A stretch of 61,353 nucleotides of DNA, counting the filler, from Choristocarpus tenellus KU-1152 (Eukaryota > Protista > Phaeophyceae): the NCBI GenBank assembly GCA_964200185.2. It is 10 parts of 10 records of this genome, joined end to end, with 100 filler letters (N's around TTAATTAATTAA, not from the genome) between each part and the next. Parts side by side here need not be neighbours in the genome. Positions count along the whole stretch, not along the records: positions 1 to 8,190 come from CAXNAD020005024.1; positions 8,291 to 12,062 come from CAXNAD020018011.1; positions 12,163 to 15,947 come from CAXNAD020017938.1; 7 more parts are not named here. One strand, written 5' to 3'. A program made the translations under genes and the position numbers. Positions 1 to 13,333 of the stretch are shown in pieces; within the stretch, counting starts at the first letter, position 1, and each line of letters starts with the position of its first letter. A model generated the notes under the pieces. The model saw nothing but the letters and a program-made list of their open reading frames with translations. It had not been told where the DNA came from and ran no database searches.

Positions 1-64
1 TTTTTTTTGTCTAGTCGCCCCCCCCTCACCCCCGCCTCCCCCCCCGCCCGCCTCGCCGCAGCCC

Positions 65-241
65 TGTGGGGGGGGGTGGGGGGGGGGGGGGGGGGGGGGG
101 GGGGTGTCAGCGTCCGTTTTTCACTTTTTTGTTGTGATTTGGTCGCACATGTCCGATTTGAAATGTCAGAAAAAAAAAGAGTTGTTTGACCGAAACGGAC
201 GCCTCTTCAAAAACCACCCCCACTCCCCCATACTTTGAGTC
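65..241. mobile_element. Harbinger-type MITE subfamily A3, left end damaged
   Basis: Body matches 23101-23281; ends CCCCATACTTTGAGTC (right TIR). Confidence 0.7.
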
Positions 242-1150
242 CTCTCACCACCACAGGCAAGAAAAAGATGGGGGTGTCAGAGGCACCGTTTTTTTATACG
301 TCAATGCATTCTATCACAGATGGTCACATTCTATCACAGATAGTCAGTCTAAAATATCTCGTTTGAAACAAGAGCAGGGTCTGCCTCTTACCTTAAACTG
401 TCATCCCACACCCCCAACCACCAGCCAATCAACAGACATAGACTAGATAAAACAATACACAGCAAAACCACAAAAAGAAGAAGAATCGACAACTGATATA
501 GAAAAAATAATATAACAAAAAAATAACAACAAAGATCGTAGTGGATCTGGAGGCAGGTCCATCAACAGCAGGCATAAAACAATACCCTTGTCTTTTCCCT
601 AACACCCCTCCCCCTAACCTCAGGTGTAAGATGGATCTATTCCATAACGAGAGAAAAAAAAATAAAACATTGCATCAAATAAGCTCCTCCGTCCCAGCAA
701 ATAAAACGGCCCAGATCAAGGCATGTCTAGAAAAGAGACTCCACAAACTTCCTTCAGTGCAGAAATTTCCTTGGGAATGCAGAAGATTCCAGCAATAACA
801 AGAGGCATGCCCACTCACATTATATACCTGTGAACAACCAAAACCCAAGTCAACAACATTCCCACACAACCTATTATAAGACCTTAACTACCATGCCCTT
901 CTCTACCCCCTGACCCCAAGCTATCACTACCTTTTATCAACCCCCCCCTACCCTGATCCATAACCATCATCCGTCTCTGGGGGGGTGGAAGGAGGATATG
1001 GATTGAGGCAGGGGTGGAGGGAAGGACAGTAGTAATTGAGCAAGGCTGGGGATGGAGATGGAAGAGGGTGAAGGGCTGGGTCCCCCCCTCCCCCACATAA
1101 ATGTGTTTTCAATACACAAAACACGAAAGGGTTTGTATTACATACTGTAC

Positions 1151-4100
1151 CTGTGCCCGGCTTTGATTCGGAAGGGTGTGTTGTGCAACAGGATCTTCCC
1201 GCCATACGCCAATGAAAACTCAATGTCACAGAGTAATGCGTCATCATCTTCCCCCTCCCCCTCCAGATGTTCCTTGGCTACCCCCAAGAACTCTTCATAG
1301 ATTTTCTCTGCCTCAGCCTGAGGCATCACAAATGTTAAGTAGGGCAGAACAACCTACAGGGAGGTGTGTAGGAAGGGGGAAGATGAACAAGCAATAGAAG
1401 GGTAAGGGTTGGGAGGATGGGGAGGGGGGGGGGAATTCCTTCATATCTTTCACTATGATCTCCCTCATCAATAACCCCTCCATCAGAGTTACAAACACCC
1501 CAAAGTCTGATATGATTCAAGATTCATAACTCACTCCAACAAAAACCTTCCTCTAATTCGTTCCATCTGCCCCCTAAACACAAAACACTATCCTCACCAC
1601 CTCCCAAAAGAATACCACACACACACACACCTCACACCAGTTGTCTTTCACAGATGGTCCTGCATCCCCAACCCCATAGAGCACAAGGCAGGCACAAAGA
1701 GCGCCCACATACTCCACCGCTGCCTTCTCAGGCACCCTCGAAGCACCCTCCAACACTCTCTCAAGGTCGGCAATCATTTTCCCCTTCAGGGCCTCAACCT
1801 CTTCAGTGCTAGGACCACAGATTCCTCTCTTTGCTCGCTCAGCCACCTCCCCATCCCCTAGGGCCTTCACAAGGTTATCAAGGGCTTCTTTTGCAGCCTC
1901 CGCAGCCTCACTGTCAACAGTCTCCTCAACTGCCTTCTGCAATGCGGGAAGGAGGAGGGGAATGAATGGTGCCACATCACCAGGCTCTGTTACAAGGCGA
2001 GCCATATTGGCAATCACTCTTGAAGCCTTACGCCGCATCTGGCTTGATCTCTCACGAAGGCACTTTCCAAGGAGGGGCGCAATCACGCTCAAAGTCGCCC
2101 TGTCCACCCTGGTCACAAAGGTCGTGGCCAGGAGTGCATCCAGGGTCTTGCCAGTCTCTTCAGGTTTGGCGATGACGCTCACCAGCCTATCCACCAAAGG
2201 CTCAATATCCGGGTTTCCAATACAAGCACAGGCGGCCAGTAGAGCACACTTAGATGCTGTCTGCACCTGCCGCTTGGTGTCCCAGACCTGTTCAAGTACA
2301 ATAAATACATATTTTAATGAAGGAGGGGGCAGGGGAGGGGTGGCAAAGGTGTTGAGGAGATGGTTGTGGTGAGGTGGCAGCATGTGTGTGGGGGTGGGTA
2401 GGGAAGAGTTGGTCTCAATTCAGATGTGCATCGTGTGCTTTGGTTATAAAACATTGGGCAATGGGTTTGGTTGGGGAAGGGAGGGAAGGGGATGATCTCG
2501 GGACTTGCTGGACCCCTCCACTTGTACAAGGTTCAACCACTTCATTTCACAAACAAATCAATGGGATCAGCAGTGGCTAGGAAAACTTATGTGAAAAGGT
2601 GGATGTAAGTAAACAGGCAGGCCAATTCAGAGTGGGGAGGACTTGGTTTTTTCAATTGCCTCAAAGCAACTAAGACTTGCAGAACAGTCATTGATTTTAA
2701 AATTTAAAATGCTCCTACCTACAGGGTCAGCAGGATAGGGTTGCGAGGAGTCAAGGGTCATTGCAAGTAGACATAGAGATCAAAACAACAAGGTATGTGC
2801 AGATACAGAGGACAAGAAAATCATTGAAGTAAGGAGAGGGTTGAAGGCAACCATCTACAAATAGGAGTGCTTCCTGCATGGAATGGGAGCTCTAGGGAAA
2901 AGACAAAGGACTCATTTCCTTTGTTTTTAGGGCAAATGCTCATGTTATCAAGAACTACTCTCGGGCACTCTAAGGCAGAGCCAGCACGCAGAAAACAAGG
3001 AGGCATTGTAAGAGGCATACTACAGACACAAGCACCAGGCCAGGTGCAGGCACAGAGCAAGGGAATGGGGAGCACAATAAGGAACATACCTGGTGTGATA
3101 CAACAGGCACAATCTCTGGCAGGGCCGAGGCCATCTGTACAGGGCATTGCCTGGCCAGAGCGGCAGTCATGTCTAAGGCTGCTGCCTTGGCACGCCATTC
3201 ACCAACCTCTACACCATCGATCACGTATGACAGCACTACACGCAAGCCATGGCAGTTCAGCACCCGTGGTAATGCCGCTGCCGCCCATGCAGCTGCTGCC
3301 CGTACTGGTGCCGCAGTGTCTGCATGTGCTGCCAGTACAGCTGGCACCAATGGCACAAGGTGAGGCTCTGCCCCAATACCAGCCACCTCACACAGAGCCT
3401 GAATGGTCAAAAGCGCTCCCTCCTTCGCTGCTGTTGAGCCACTTTCATCCAAAAATTCTGTAAGCTGTGCTACCACCCAAGGGGCGTCAACTGTTGACAC
3501 AGTCACGAAGAGAGACACCGCCACTGCTGCCACACGCCTAGCATCCGCAGTTCCGGTCTCCTCCAGCACAGAGAGATGCTCGCTTAGGACACCCAAGCGC
3601 TCCTCATCCCCCAAGGCTTGAAGCTGATCTTTGGTCTGCAGCTGCTTGCCTACTGCCAACTTCACCCAACCAGAGAGTGTTGACTCATTGAGGGAAGCAG
3701 CAGCAAAGGCAGCAGCAGAAGCTGCCACGGTTGGAAGCTTCGCCGCAGCAGCAGCAGCGCCTGCAGTTGCTTTAGGGGAGGTCCAGGCCCCCTGGGGCTT
3801 CACTGCATCCGCCGCAGCAGGGATTCCCCGAGAAACCGGGGCAGGAGTGGGGGCCTTAGGGGGGGGAGGGGGTGGGGGTGGCACCATGCTAGCGTTCATG
3901 GCCATGAAGAGCTGAGTGCTGCGCTGTTTCATTGCACTGTTCTCACCACCGGCGGCAACCGCAGCGGGATTGGAGGTGAAAGCCTTAAGTGTAGCTAGAG
4001 CACCCTTTGTGTCTCCGGCCTTCTCTTGTACTTCCGATAGGTGCAGGCGGAGGGGTCTCGATCGATCGTAGTTATTCTTGCTCTCAGCTATCTCCACGCA

Positions 4101-4298
4101 TCGAGTGAGAGCAACTATCAGGGCCGCCCTGTCCGAACCGATTTCGTACAGGTCTACTAGGGACCGCCACGCCTTCGGGTTGTCGGGTCCAAGCTTCGTT
4201 GCCTGTTCGAGATGCTTTGCAGCAGTAACTAGATCACCTACTGCGATGGCAGCTTTACCACTCGCTACGAGCTTTGCTATGGACGACTGGTGGTCCAT
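1151..4298 (-). CDS. eEF3: Elongation factor 3 (eEF3)-like ABC-F protein with extra N-terminal TPR-like region; 5' part only (exons 4298-3090, 2287-1631, 1317-1151)
   Basis: GT-AG splicing joins ...LPEIVPVVSHQ|VWDTKRQVQ...IGNPDIEP...ATTFVTRVDRATLSVIAPLL (eEF3 HEAT region) to LCDIEFSLAYGGKILLHNTPFRIKAGHR. This matches the eEF3 motif LC.cEFSLAYG.KILL immediately before the ABC1 Walker A. Exon phases are compatible. Downstream ABC exons were not found in this contig. Confidence 0.85.
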
Positions 4299-7200
4299 GA
4301 CGATCTCTGGAGTGTATTTATTGACCTTCGTAGTCTGGGAAATTTGAAAGGTATAGGAAAAATTATGCAAAGCAAGGTGAAAGAAGCTAGATGCGGAGAG
4401 CTATAGACACGGCAACGAAACCCAAAACACCACGGAAGGACACCATCGCCATGACCAGGCATCTCGTTATGTGCTTGACAAAAAGCATTTTGCTTACGAT
4501 TTCAAGACGTTCTTGAGAAATCCCTCAAATGAATAAAAGCTCGTTGTAACCTCAGTATCCCCGCAGCACCTGGAAAAAACGTTCAGACCCTCTCGTCCTC
4601 CCAACCTACTACTAATCGAAATAGACGAAGCCACCAAGAAACGTCCTGATAGTCACAGTTTGTTAAAGTCTGCAACCAGATCCTCTCAACCAAGCACACT
4701 GTGTGCATCTTTCCTATTCAAGACACTTACTCACTGTCACCGTGCAGCACACGCTGCCTGCTTGTTGTAAGAGATCCTTGGTAGTGGACAAACGTAAGCA
4801 GACCAAGCAACCCCCTCTCCTCACTCCTCGGTTTGTAGCCCAGAGAAGAGGAACGACGAATAAACATCCACTGGTGAGGATTGTAACTGAGACCTCAGAC
4901 TCCCTCCCCCTCCTTTCCAATCAATCAACACAGAAGGGGGGTGAGGAAAGAAAGCTACCAGTCCTGTGCTAATCGGAGGGAAGGATCGATTTTCCATGGC
5001 TGAGCAAACCAGACTTCGGGCGGATGGACGGACACACGAACGATGGTACCAACATTCCTTAACCCTAAGAAAGAGTCAAGAAAAGAACACACAACATTTG
5101 TACTAGCAAATAGTTCATCATATTATACATACGTACGTATGTAGACGTTTTATGCGTCAGAGATTCCAATGAACATCATCGTACATAGATTTACAAAAAA
5201 TGTACTTCTGTTGCCATGTTTCAAGAACCCATCCTTGACAGATCATACTCATCCAAAGATCCTAACCAGCCCCTTTTGCACCAGAAATCCAATTAATTAT
5301 CTAAACCTCGCCCATCACTCCCTGTACTGTTGAAGGATATATTAAAACCAACCAACCGGTCACTACTGCACACACTACTACTGTTCGCAGGTTTTTTGTG
5401 GTTATCAAGTACGTGTATCTACACACAACAACTGTCTAAAATGAGTGTTGAAGGAAAAATAGTAAGTAGTACTCGCATTTGGTCCTGCTATTTTGGGTAC
5501 TGTGTGTATGTTCCTTGTCGACTCTCCCCTTTTGATGCCCATCTAACTTATATTCTATGATCTAGTGCTTCATCTGAGTCCCCTCACAACTATGCCCAAA
5601 ACGCATTCTGGTCAGTAACATAGCAGGTTCCGTCTACAGCATTTCCATACTTCACTTGTCTGTGTCCTTAGTTGTGGGGCTTATTGAAACCAGAGAGTTG
5701 AACATTCGATCGGCCGCCTAATGCTAAGCAATGGACACGTTGTGAACAAACAGAAAAAATAACATTATTCCCTTACGACTAAAAACACAACCACCACATA
5801 CTGCGTTCTTCGAAAGTAACCAGACTACTTTAAAAAAATAATTGTATTATTAATTAATACGTGTTGATCGAATAGCGTTTGAATGTAGGCAGGCATACGC
5901 TTCCTTATAATAATATCTGTAACTCTACCACTCATACGATAGGCAGGTAGAGTGGAGACTGCACATATGTACTACATGATGGTGAGGACAGAGGACACTG
6001 TATGAAATAGTATGACAAAGTCTTGTACACTTTGATGATGCAGATGCTTAGACGGAAGTATACAAATGCGTTGTTACGAGCCTCGTATATGAATCAGTAA
6101 AGCTCCCATCACCTTCATATCCAGAAGAGTTGCTGGTTAAGGTGGACAGATTGCCACCGCCTCCTCAAAGTTCATTTCCAATTTCTTCAACGAGGGAGCA
6201 GGAGACAAGAGGGATCTACGCTAGACACGTTTTTCTATGCCTGACACCTCTTGCCTCTATTCTCAACAAGCTTAAAACTGTAGTAGCTGTAAGGTTGAAC
6301 ACCATACGTTTCCCTTTTTCTACACCACAGCCCGGACTGGTTCGCTCTAACAGCATTCTGATGCAACCCATTTAAAACTGATCGTTGCGTCGGCAGTTCT
6401 ATTCATTTTCTCTACTGTGCACCGTTATCGATGCATGGAAGAGGTACCGATATCTAAATTAGGATCCTAGAACACTCTTCAGTCTACTTTCTACAGAGTT
6501 CTATTCTATTGGTCGATTCGATGTACAACAGAATTGTCATTGAAACAATCGTTATGTTTCATGGTCAATTTTTCACAGTCAACTTTCCGCTCACCCCGTT
6601 TCACGAGTGTGTACCTAAGTATATCCATCAGAATAAGTCGACCACTATTCGTGTCCATAGAGGTCTAGACATTATCTGGATCTCTAAGGGTTCCTCTCCA
6701 CAGTTTTTACACTCTTTTCATTCTGTGTATACATTTATGTACTAATAATACATCTCTTCTTCTTCAACTCATACAAATTATTGTTTAGTATCATTTGAGG
6801 ATTCCAGTAATGTATAAAATACTATATAAAAGAAATATAGTTCAAACTATTACATTGTGGGTGTACGGACATAAGAGAGTCACAACCTGAAAAAAAACTC
6901 TCTTATATCCTGATGCTCTCTAATTTGATATAAGGGCGTTTTTCTCTTAAGCCATATGATCTTACATCGAGTAATAGTGCTGTAGGCACTTTTTACTTGT
7001 CCCCAAATTATAACAGAGCGACACCCTTGCTGTATGTGCTTCCCATGTGCCTTCAAGAGTAGTCAAATGTAAATATGTATTGAACATTGCCCTCGGTGAG
7101 TCCATTTCGATGAAGTTGTGGTGGTGCAGCAAAAACCACACCTGCATCACCCCTGCACAGTATACCACTGTCATATGTATACAGTGCTGCAACTTTGGTG

Positions 7201-7384
7201 AATTACATTCATTACGATGTATTCACTTATATGTACAGTACACCTTCCTAATAAAAGCATCAGCAAGCCGTTGATGGCTGGACAGAAGACTCGTAGTTCA
7301 AATCAAATCAACATTCAAAGTCAATCTCCCTCCGATGCCCTGCCCTACGCACTCAATTGTACTCACTCTACAAGGATATTATAC

Positions 7385-7892
7385 ATTACAGTATCCAAAA
7401 CGCCATCATGAATCAAATGTAGGTGCACCGCCATGCGCGCACCCTCGCGCGCACTAATAAAAAACAACTTATTCGCTAAAAATCGCGACTGCCAATATAT
7501 TCGCGATTGTCCGCTTGTTTGATTGCCCTTGTCCCGATTACACTGACCCAAGCCAGCTTTGCTTTTCAGATGTTGTTTCTAAGCCCGCAAACTCGTCAGG
7601 TACTTGAGAGTATGGCGGTGGAGGAATCGATAACACTGAAGAGGCTGCTCCTTTCCTCACGGCCCCCAATGCGCTGCTCCCTCCCACAAACTAATCGTCA
7701 CCTGAGCTTTCATCGTCCGACTGGCGCATGGATTCCTCAAGCAGGTGGTCTTTCGTGCCCTCCAGTATCGCATTGGTCACTTCATCATTCTCTTCCACAT
7801 CAATCAACGCTCTCGCCGCGTTGATGGAAACCTGGCCGGTTTTCCTCCAGGTTTGAGGTGCAGAGCGTCAAGAGCATCATAGAGATCCTCAT
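7385..7892 (-). pseudogene. Possible decayed pogo/Tc1-like transposon 3' end
   Basis: Frameshifted acidic minus-strand reading (NEDLYDALDAL...LIDVEENDEVTNAILEG...SDDESSGDD*). A TA-CAGTATCC terminus-like sequence lies at ~7387. Weak resemblance only. Confidence 0.25.

Positions 7893-7962
<70 letters not shown>
7893..7962. repeat. (TA)n(GT)n microsatellite
   Basis: Seen directly. Confidence 0.95.
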
Positions 7963-7964
<2 letters not shown>

Positions 7965-8139
7965 CCCTGTACACCTTGTACAAGGTGTCCCTATATATCA
8001 AACTCGTATGGATACTTTGTGGGACGTACCTCTGCGAGCAAAACGGCCACCCGTGATACTACACTACAGGGTACGGATAGTACAGTGCACTACAGAAACG
8101 CGCGCAAAATTTCAAAAAATTAAATCACGATCATCATCA

Positions 8140-8190
8140 GGCTCAAAGTATCTGGGGGGGGGGGGCGGCTGTCCATTTGGGGTCTTTTTT
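8140..8190. mobile_element. MITE A2 left end, cut by contig end
   Basis: GGCTCAAAGTATCT-polyG-GTCCATTTGGGG, as in 45759-45941. Confidence 0.75.
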
Positions 8191-8290
8191 NNNNNNNNNN
8201 NNNNNNNNNNNNNNNNNNNNNNNNNNNNNNNNNNTTAATTAATTAANNNNNNNNNNNNNNNNNNNNNNNNNNNNNNNNNNNNNNNNNNNN
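8191..8290. other. Artificial contig spacer N44-TTAATTAATTAA-N44 (same spacer at 12063-12162, 15948-16047, 19816-19915, 27395-27494, 33390-33489, 37528-37627, 43526-43625, 57436-57535)
   Basis: Nine identical 100-nt blocks whose core gives stop codons in all six frames. Confidence 0.97.
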
Positions 8291-8409
8291 GCTTCCACTT
8301 TATTCCCCTACCAGCAACGTACTGTACTGCTGTGTGGTCATGACTCAGGAAGAAAGGCACTTTTCGCAAGAAATGTTTACTCGCGCGCCAAACTCGCGTG
8401 AATAACTCC

Positions 8410-8545
8410 CCGAGTTTGTACCAAGTCGCCCGAATACGAGAATTCCGGTACAAAAGCCTATTTTCTTGAGTATATCGAAAAAAGCGGTACAAAAATGGAT
8501 TTGGTACATAATATTTGGTATGAAATCGGGGTAGGTACTGTATTT
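8410..8545. repeat. Dispersed repeat F (inverted copy at ~61220-61353)
   Basis: GTACCAAGTCGCCCGAATACGAGAATTCCGGTACAAAAGCCTATTTT is the reverse complement of the window end. Confidence 0.85.
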
Positions 8546-10535
8546 CATTTATTTTTTTCGAAATGTTGGGGAATGCCAGGAAATGTCGGGAAAATATTTC
8601 TCGGAATAATGTACATTGTACTACAAGTAAATGGGTCATCGTGAACACAAACTCAACTAAGTAGACTAGTACTTACATAAATAATGTGTCTATACTACTC
8701 AAAGAGTCCAAAATGATCATATCCATGCCTTCCCACATATCATCCTTACAAAGAAAAAAAGGTTTCCTAGGCACTTGCCCTCCATGTTACACACACATAG
8801 TAGAAGTGAAACCTGGACGACGTAATTGGGAATGTCGCGTAAGGTGCGGACAAGGGGATTGGAGAGGCCATTCTCTAGGGATCAGTTGGCTGCTTTGATT
8901 CTTCAGCCTGTCATATCCACGGTGAGGGTGAGGGCATTAAGAGCGCGTATCGTTTGTGTTGAAATGTCAACCTTGTAGAGAGTTGCCCGCTTGCTTGGAG
9001 ACAAGTTGCTTTAGAGGTGCCAACCCAGGATACCTCTGCATAGGTACTGGGATTGGCATTCGATCTGATGCATCACTATTCCAGCAATTGTTTGTTCACA
9101 GATAGCGATGGAAACTTTAGCCATGCTCTTATTACCCAAAAGTTCATCTCAAAGGGGTGATGGGGGCATGGTAAGAGTCGACCGCGCTTGCTTTCGAAAG
9201 GCGTACTTTGTGCTCACAATGGGACTGAAGAGGAGAATCATTGAGTAGGATTGGGTTATGCTCCAACATCTGTAGGTTCAGTAAACATGCACCGACACGA
9301 GATGGAGCAGTCGGGGAAACGGAAATGGTAGATGTCGAGATGCGATCAAGTTCCGACCAATGAAACGTTTCCCTTCATTTTGCTGATCCTTGTGGCAACT
9401 CTCCCCTCAACAATCATCGCGCCCTTCGTCCGATACTGCAGTACTTCGTCGTGCTGTGTGTGCTGTCCCTGTCGCGGGATCAGGTGAGAAACCTGCCTCA
9501 ACCCTGCACAACGTTTGTAGCCACGGCCGTGTATACCTTGCTCACCCTGGACCAGCACCTCCTACCACGATGTGAACCCTTAAATCTGCTGGAGAATTAC
9601 TTTCTTATCTGTTACGTGGTGGTCATATGGTGCCCACTAGATGATCGGTTTTGATAGGATTAGCAATGCTGGACGCAAGCGCATCGCACTGTTTATACTA
9701 TCTTGCTGAGAAGGCTTAGTGTTCTTTCTCAGTAGCTATCCATCCCTCGCCCTGCTAGACTGTTCCTCATCATGCTAGACTGCATGTACCCATCCACCCA
9801 AGACGTCCAGTATTTTTGTCGAAACTGGGGTCACTTTAAACCATCGATCGCACTCAACAAGAGCTTCGTAGGCACCCTCGATAGCCCTTCTCGTCTACTT
9901 TCATAAGAAAAAGAGAATATGGACATCTTGCACAGCACACAATGGTATTCGTTAGGAGGTGACAAGACGGCAAACTAATATGCAGATATTTAGATGGCTC
10001 TTCCATCACTTTTTTTTGCCGTTGATGTTTCCGTATTTTGAGAGGAAAGACTCCTGATCTTGCTAAGGGTGCAAGGTTAAGGAGAGCTGGAAGAAGACTG
10101 TCGCGTTCACTGTGCGTAGAGTTGAAATGTCGTAAATGAGATAGTTGGGAATGGTTTCCCTGTTACCACTGATGTTGCAATGCGGTTCTAATGCATGACA
10201 CTCTCAGTGTTTAGGGTAGGTTGCTCCAGAAGTATGTGGTGGTGGGGAATATGTGCAAATGTAATTGTGTGTGTAATTGTATGCGCACTGTTGCATGCAA
10301 CTGCGTCCATATTCAATTGCGGTGATGGCTACGGCCAGGATTGGCCAGGATTGAGGTTTGAATTGGTATGCATGTGGCAATGTGGATGGGGGTGCACATA
10401 AAATACCAATGCACTTGCAACCAGCAGCACTCCTGGTTATGCAACAGGTACATTTCCCCCCACAGAGATCTGGCTAAGAACATATACAACACTGCCTGCA
10501 AAACCACTGTTGTCATTTCCTGACACGGAGAGCAG

Positions 10536-11149
10536 CTCTTGAAGGTTCTTGGACTGTTCCTGGCACTGACACTAGTTGTAACGGGTCTGTGGGTACACAT
10601 TGGATTGGTGGATCCAGCAAGTGAAGGGGGTTTTCAGTTCCCGTGTAAGGCGAAGGGAAGGGGGACACTACGCTATTGCTCTTTGTGCCACAAGTCTGTC
10701 CATGGGTTCGATCACCATTGCAGCTGGTGAGAGGAGAGGAAGTGTCCATACATAGTGCATGTGATAGGCCCCTTGAATCAAATTCTCATATGGATATATA
10801 TTTTTCAGGAGATGTTGGGAGAAGCTCATGTAATTTTAAGCACTCTCTAATTGTTGTCATAAGGGAGAAATAAAAAATAAAAATGAACAACAGCATATAT
10901 TATCGGAACAAACCAATGGATGCGAATCATATATACATATACATGCTGCTGAGCGTGCGATTTGAACTGTTTTTGATTGGTTTGTTTGTTGCTCTTTGAA
11001 AGATGTCACTTTTTGACCTTCTGACCTGGCATGGCCCCTTTCACAACACTCAATCTCTGTGAAATTTTGCTGTGAAGAAATGTGAGCCAAAGATGTCTAA
11101 AGGAGGACCTTCCCGACAGGATTGCAATATTTCTGGGCTATCACACACA

Positions 11150-11181
<32 letters not shown>

Positions 11182-11929
11182 CCCCTAACCTTAATTCACA
11201 TCATCCTCAATCTTCCATTCTACTCCCATTTGGAGGTAAAGTTTGACACAATACAGATATTGCTGTCCCCAGGCCCCTGTGTGTTAAGTGTCACACCATG
11301 ATGTATCTTGACTTTGAAGAGAGTTCTCTCGTTCATCCTGTGTCTTTCTTACACATGACAGCCCTTCTGAGGCTCCAGAGCTCCACCCTCAAAGTGTGCA
11401 TTATACTGAAATTTCCTGTGTGTACATCATCAATGTTCAAAATCCCACTAACGTGTGCGAGACAAAGTCTGCACGCATAACAATTGACAAAATAGTCTTC
11501 CCAATTTTTTGGAAACCTCTCTCTCTGGGATGCAAGAATCCTAGACAGGTATGGTGTGTGTCCGCATGCGACCCTAACCCTACAGCAATATTCTCACATG
11601 GGAAAAAACAACCCCCCCCACCCCACCCCCACAAAATCGTATGCAATAAATCAAACCATGTACATACACCATGTACATACACCATGGGGACATTGACGAG
11701 GAACCTCCATGAATCTCAACAAGTATGAAGTATGAGGAGAGACAGACCGAACCCCCTCCACTGATTGATTTTCAGGCTGAACACGTGCATTACCTCAAGG
11801 AATTATCTTCAGTTTTATCTCCTCACGATCACGGGGTCGCTGCTCTATGGGTTCATGGTGGCCGTGGGGGTGCTGGTTCCGTTGCTCTCAGGGGATGCGG
11901 AGCTGCGAAGGGAGTTCAGCTCTGACTTG
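10536..11929 (+). CDS. DHHC (zDHHC) palmitoyltransferase, partial; exons ~10536/10545-10726 and 11776-11929; candidate first exon 9332-9483
   Basis: Spliced reading YCSLCHKSVHGFDHHCS-W-LNTCITSRNYLQFYLL, with the W codon split TG|G across a GT-AG intron, followed by a hydrophobic helix. Confidence 0.9.
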
Positions 11930-13333
11930 GTGAGGAGGGATAGAAATAGGGACAGGCAAGCCGGCTGGGGATGGGTGCTGGGGCGGAAGGGGGGGGGGGG
12001 GGGGGGGGGGAGGGGGAAAAGGGGGGGTATGATCAGTTGGGGGGTGAGGGGGGGGGTTAGGGNNNNNNNNNNNNNNNNNNNNNNNNNNNNNNNNNNNNNN
12101 NNNNNNTTAATTAATTAANNNNNNNNNNNNNNNNNNNNNNNNNNNNNNNNNNNNNNNNNNNNAGTGGTAGTCACGGGGTGAGTAACGGGGTCGGGGAGAC
12201 GGCGCGTGGGGGGGGGGGGGGGGGGGGGGGGGGTGGGGGCGGGGGGAAGGCGAGGGCGTGGCTGTGTGTGTGTGTGTTTGTGTGTGTTGTTAAGATAAGA
12301 AAGGCTATGGGGGACAGAGGATGAGATGGGCAGTACACTGTCTAGATCGTCTAGGGGAAGGAAGAGGAAGACTTCCACTGAATCAGGTTGTGATCAATTT
12401 ACACCGGCTCTATTTACATCAAGAACAACAAAAGGAAACTCCTGCAGCACGTCTCACATAAAGATGTTTTGTAGTCAATAGCCAACCAATCCGATGAAAC
12501 TCTCACCAGTAGTGATAAAGCAGAAGAGCACTGAAAAGTTGGACAAAAAATATACATATTTCTAAAATAAAAGGGTACAAGCACCGGCTACAGAGTTGCT
12601 CTGGGGCCATACACAGTATCCTCTCTTCGATCTTTTCATGTTGTAAAATAATAAAAGTATGTAAAACACACACACACACACACACAAATACAAATACACT
12701 AGCACCACCACCAAGCCTCTTCAAAAAAAAAATCGTCATGAGTGAATGATACTATTGTAAAAAAAAAAAATGCAACAGATGAAACTAATATATATATATA
12801 TATCCCTCAAAGCATGATTAAAAAAATTTAACAAATCAAGGAAGCACATCAATACACCATCACACACAGACAAGCAAGGGCTGACAACACAGAACTGGGC
12901 TAGGGGAGGGGGGGGGATGCCATCAATGTAGGAGAAGGAAGTGCATGATCTATTATATTAGTAGTATAAATTAAATATATATATTGTGTAAGAGTTGTAA
13001 GCAATCGTTTCTAATTTTTATCTTTTTTTTGTGCTATAATATATGTAGGTAAAATATCAAAATGATAAAATAGTGTTAAGAGCAACAATATCTCAATCAG
13101 AACAATATTAACAACAATCACAAATAAAACTAAAGACAAGGGTAACAACATTAACAACAATCACTATTAAAACTAAAGACAAGGATAACAACATTAATAA
13201 TAATAATAATAATACCAACGATAATACCAATGATAATAATAACAACAACAGAAGGGGAAAAATATATAGGTGTTTAGACCACAAAAAAGTTGAATCGTGA
13301 GGGAGGGTTCGTCCTGTCTTAGCAATGACCTAC

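Noticed and set aside
1806-3915. Plus-strand ORFs of 188, 198 and 94 aa
   Set aside because: Antisense shadows of the GC-rich eEF3 exons.
8235-8246. Recurrent TTAATTAATTAA palindrome as a biological site
   Set aside because: Always centred in an identical N-block; it is an artificial six-frame stop linker.
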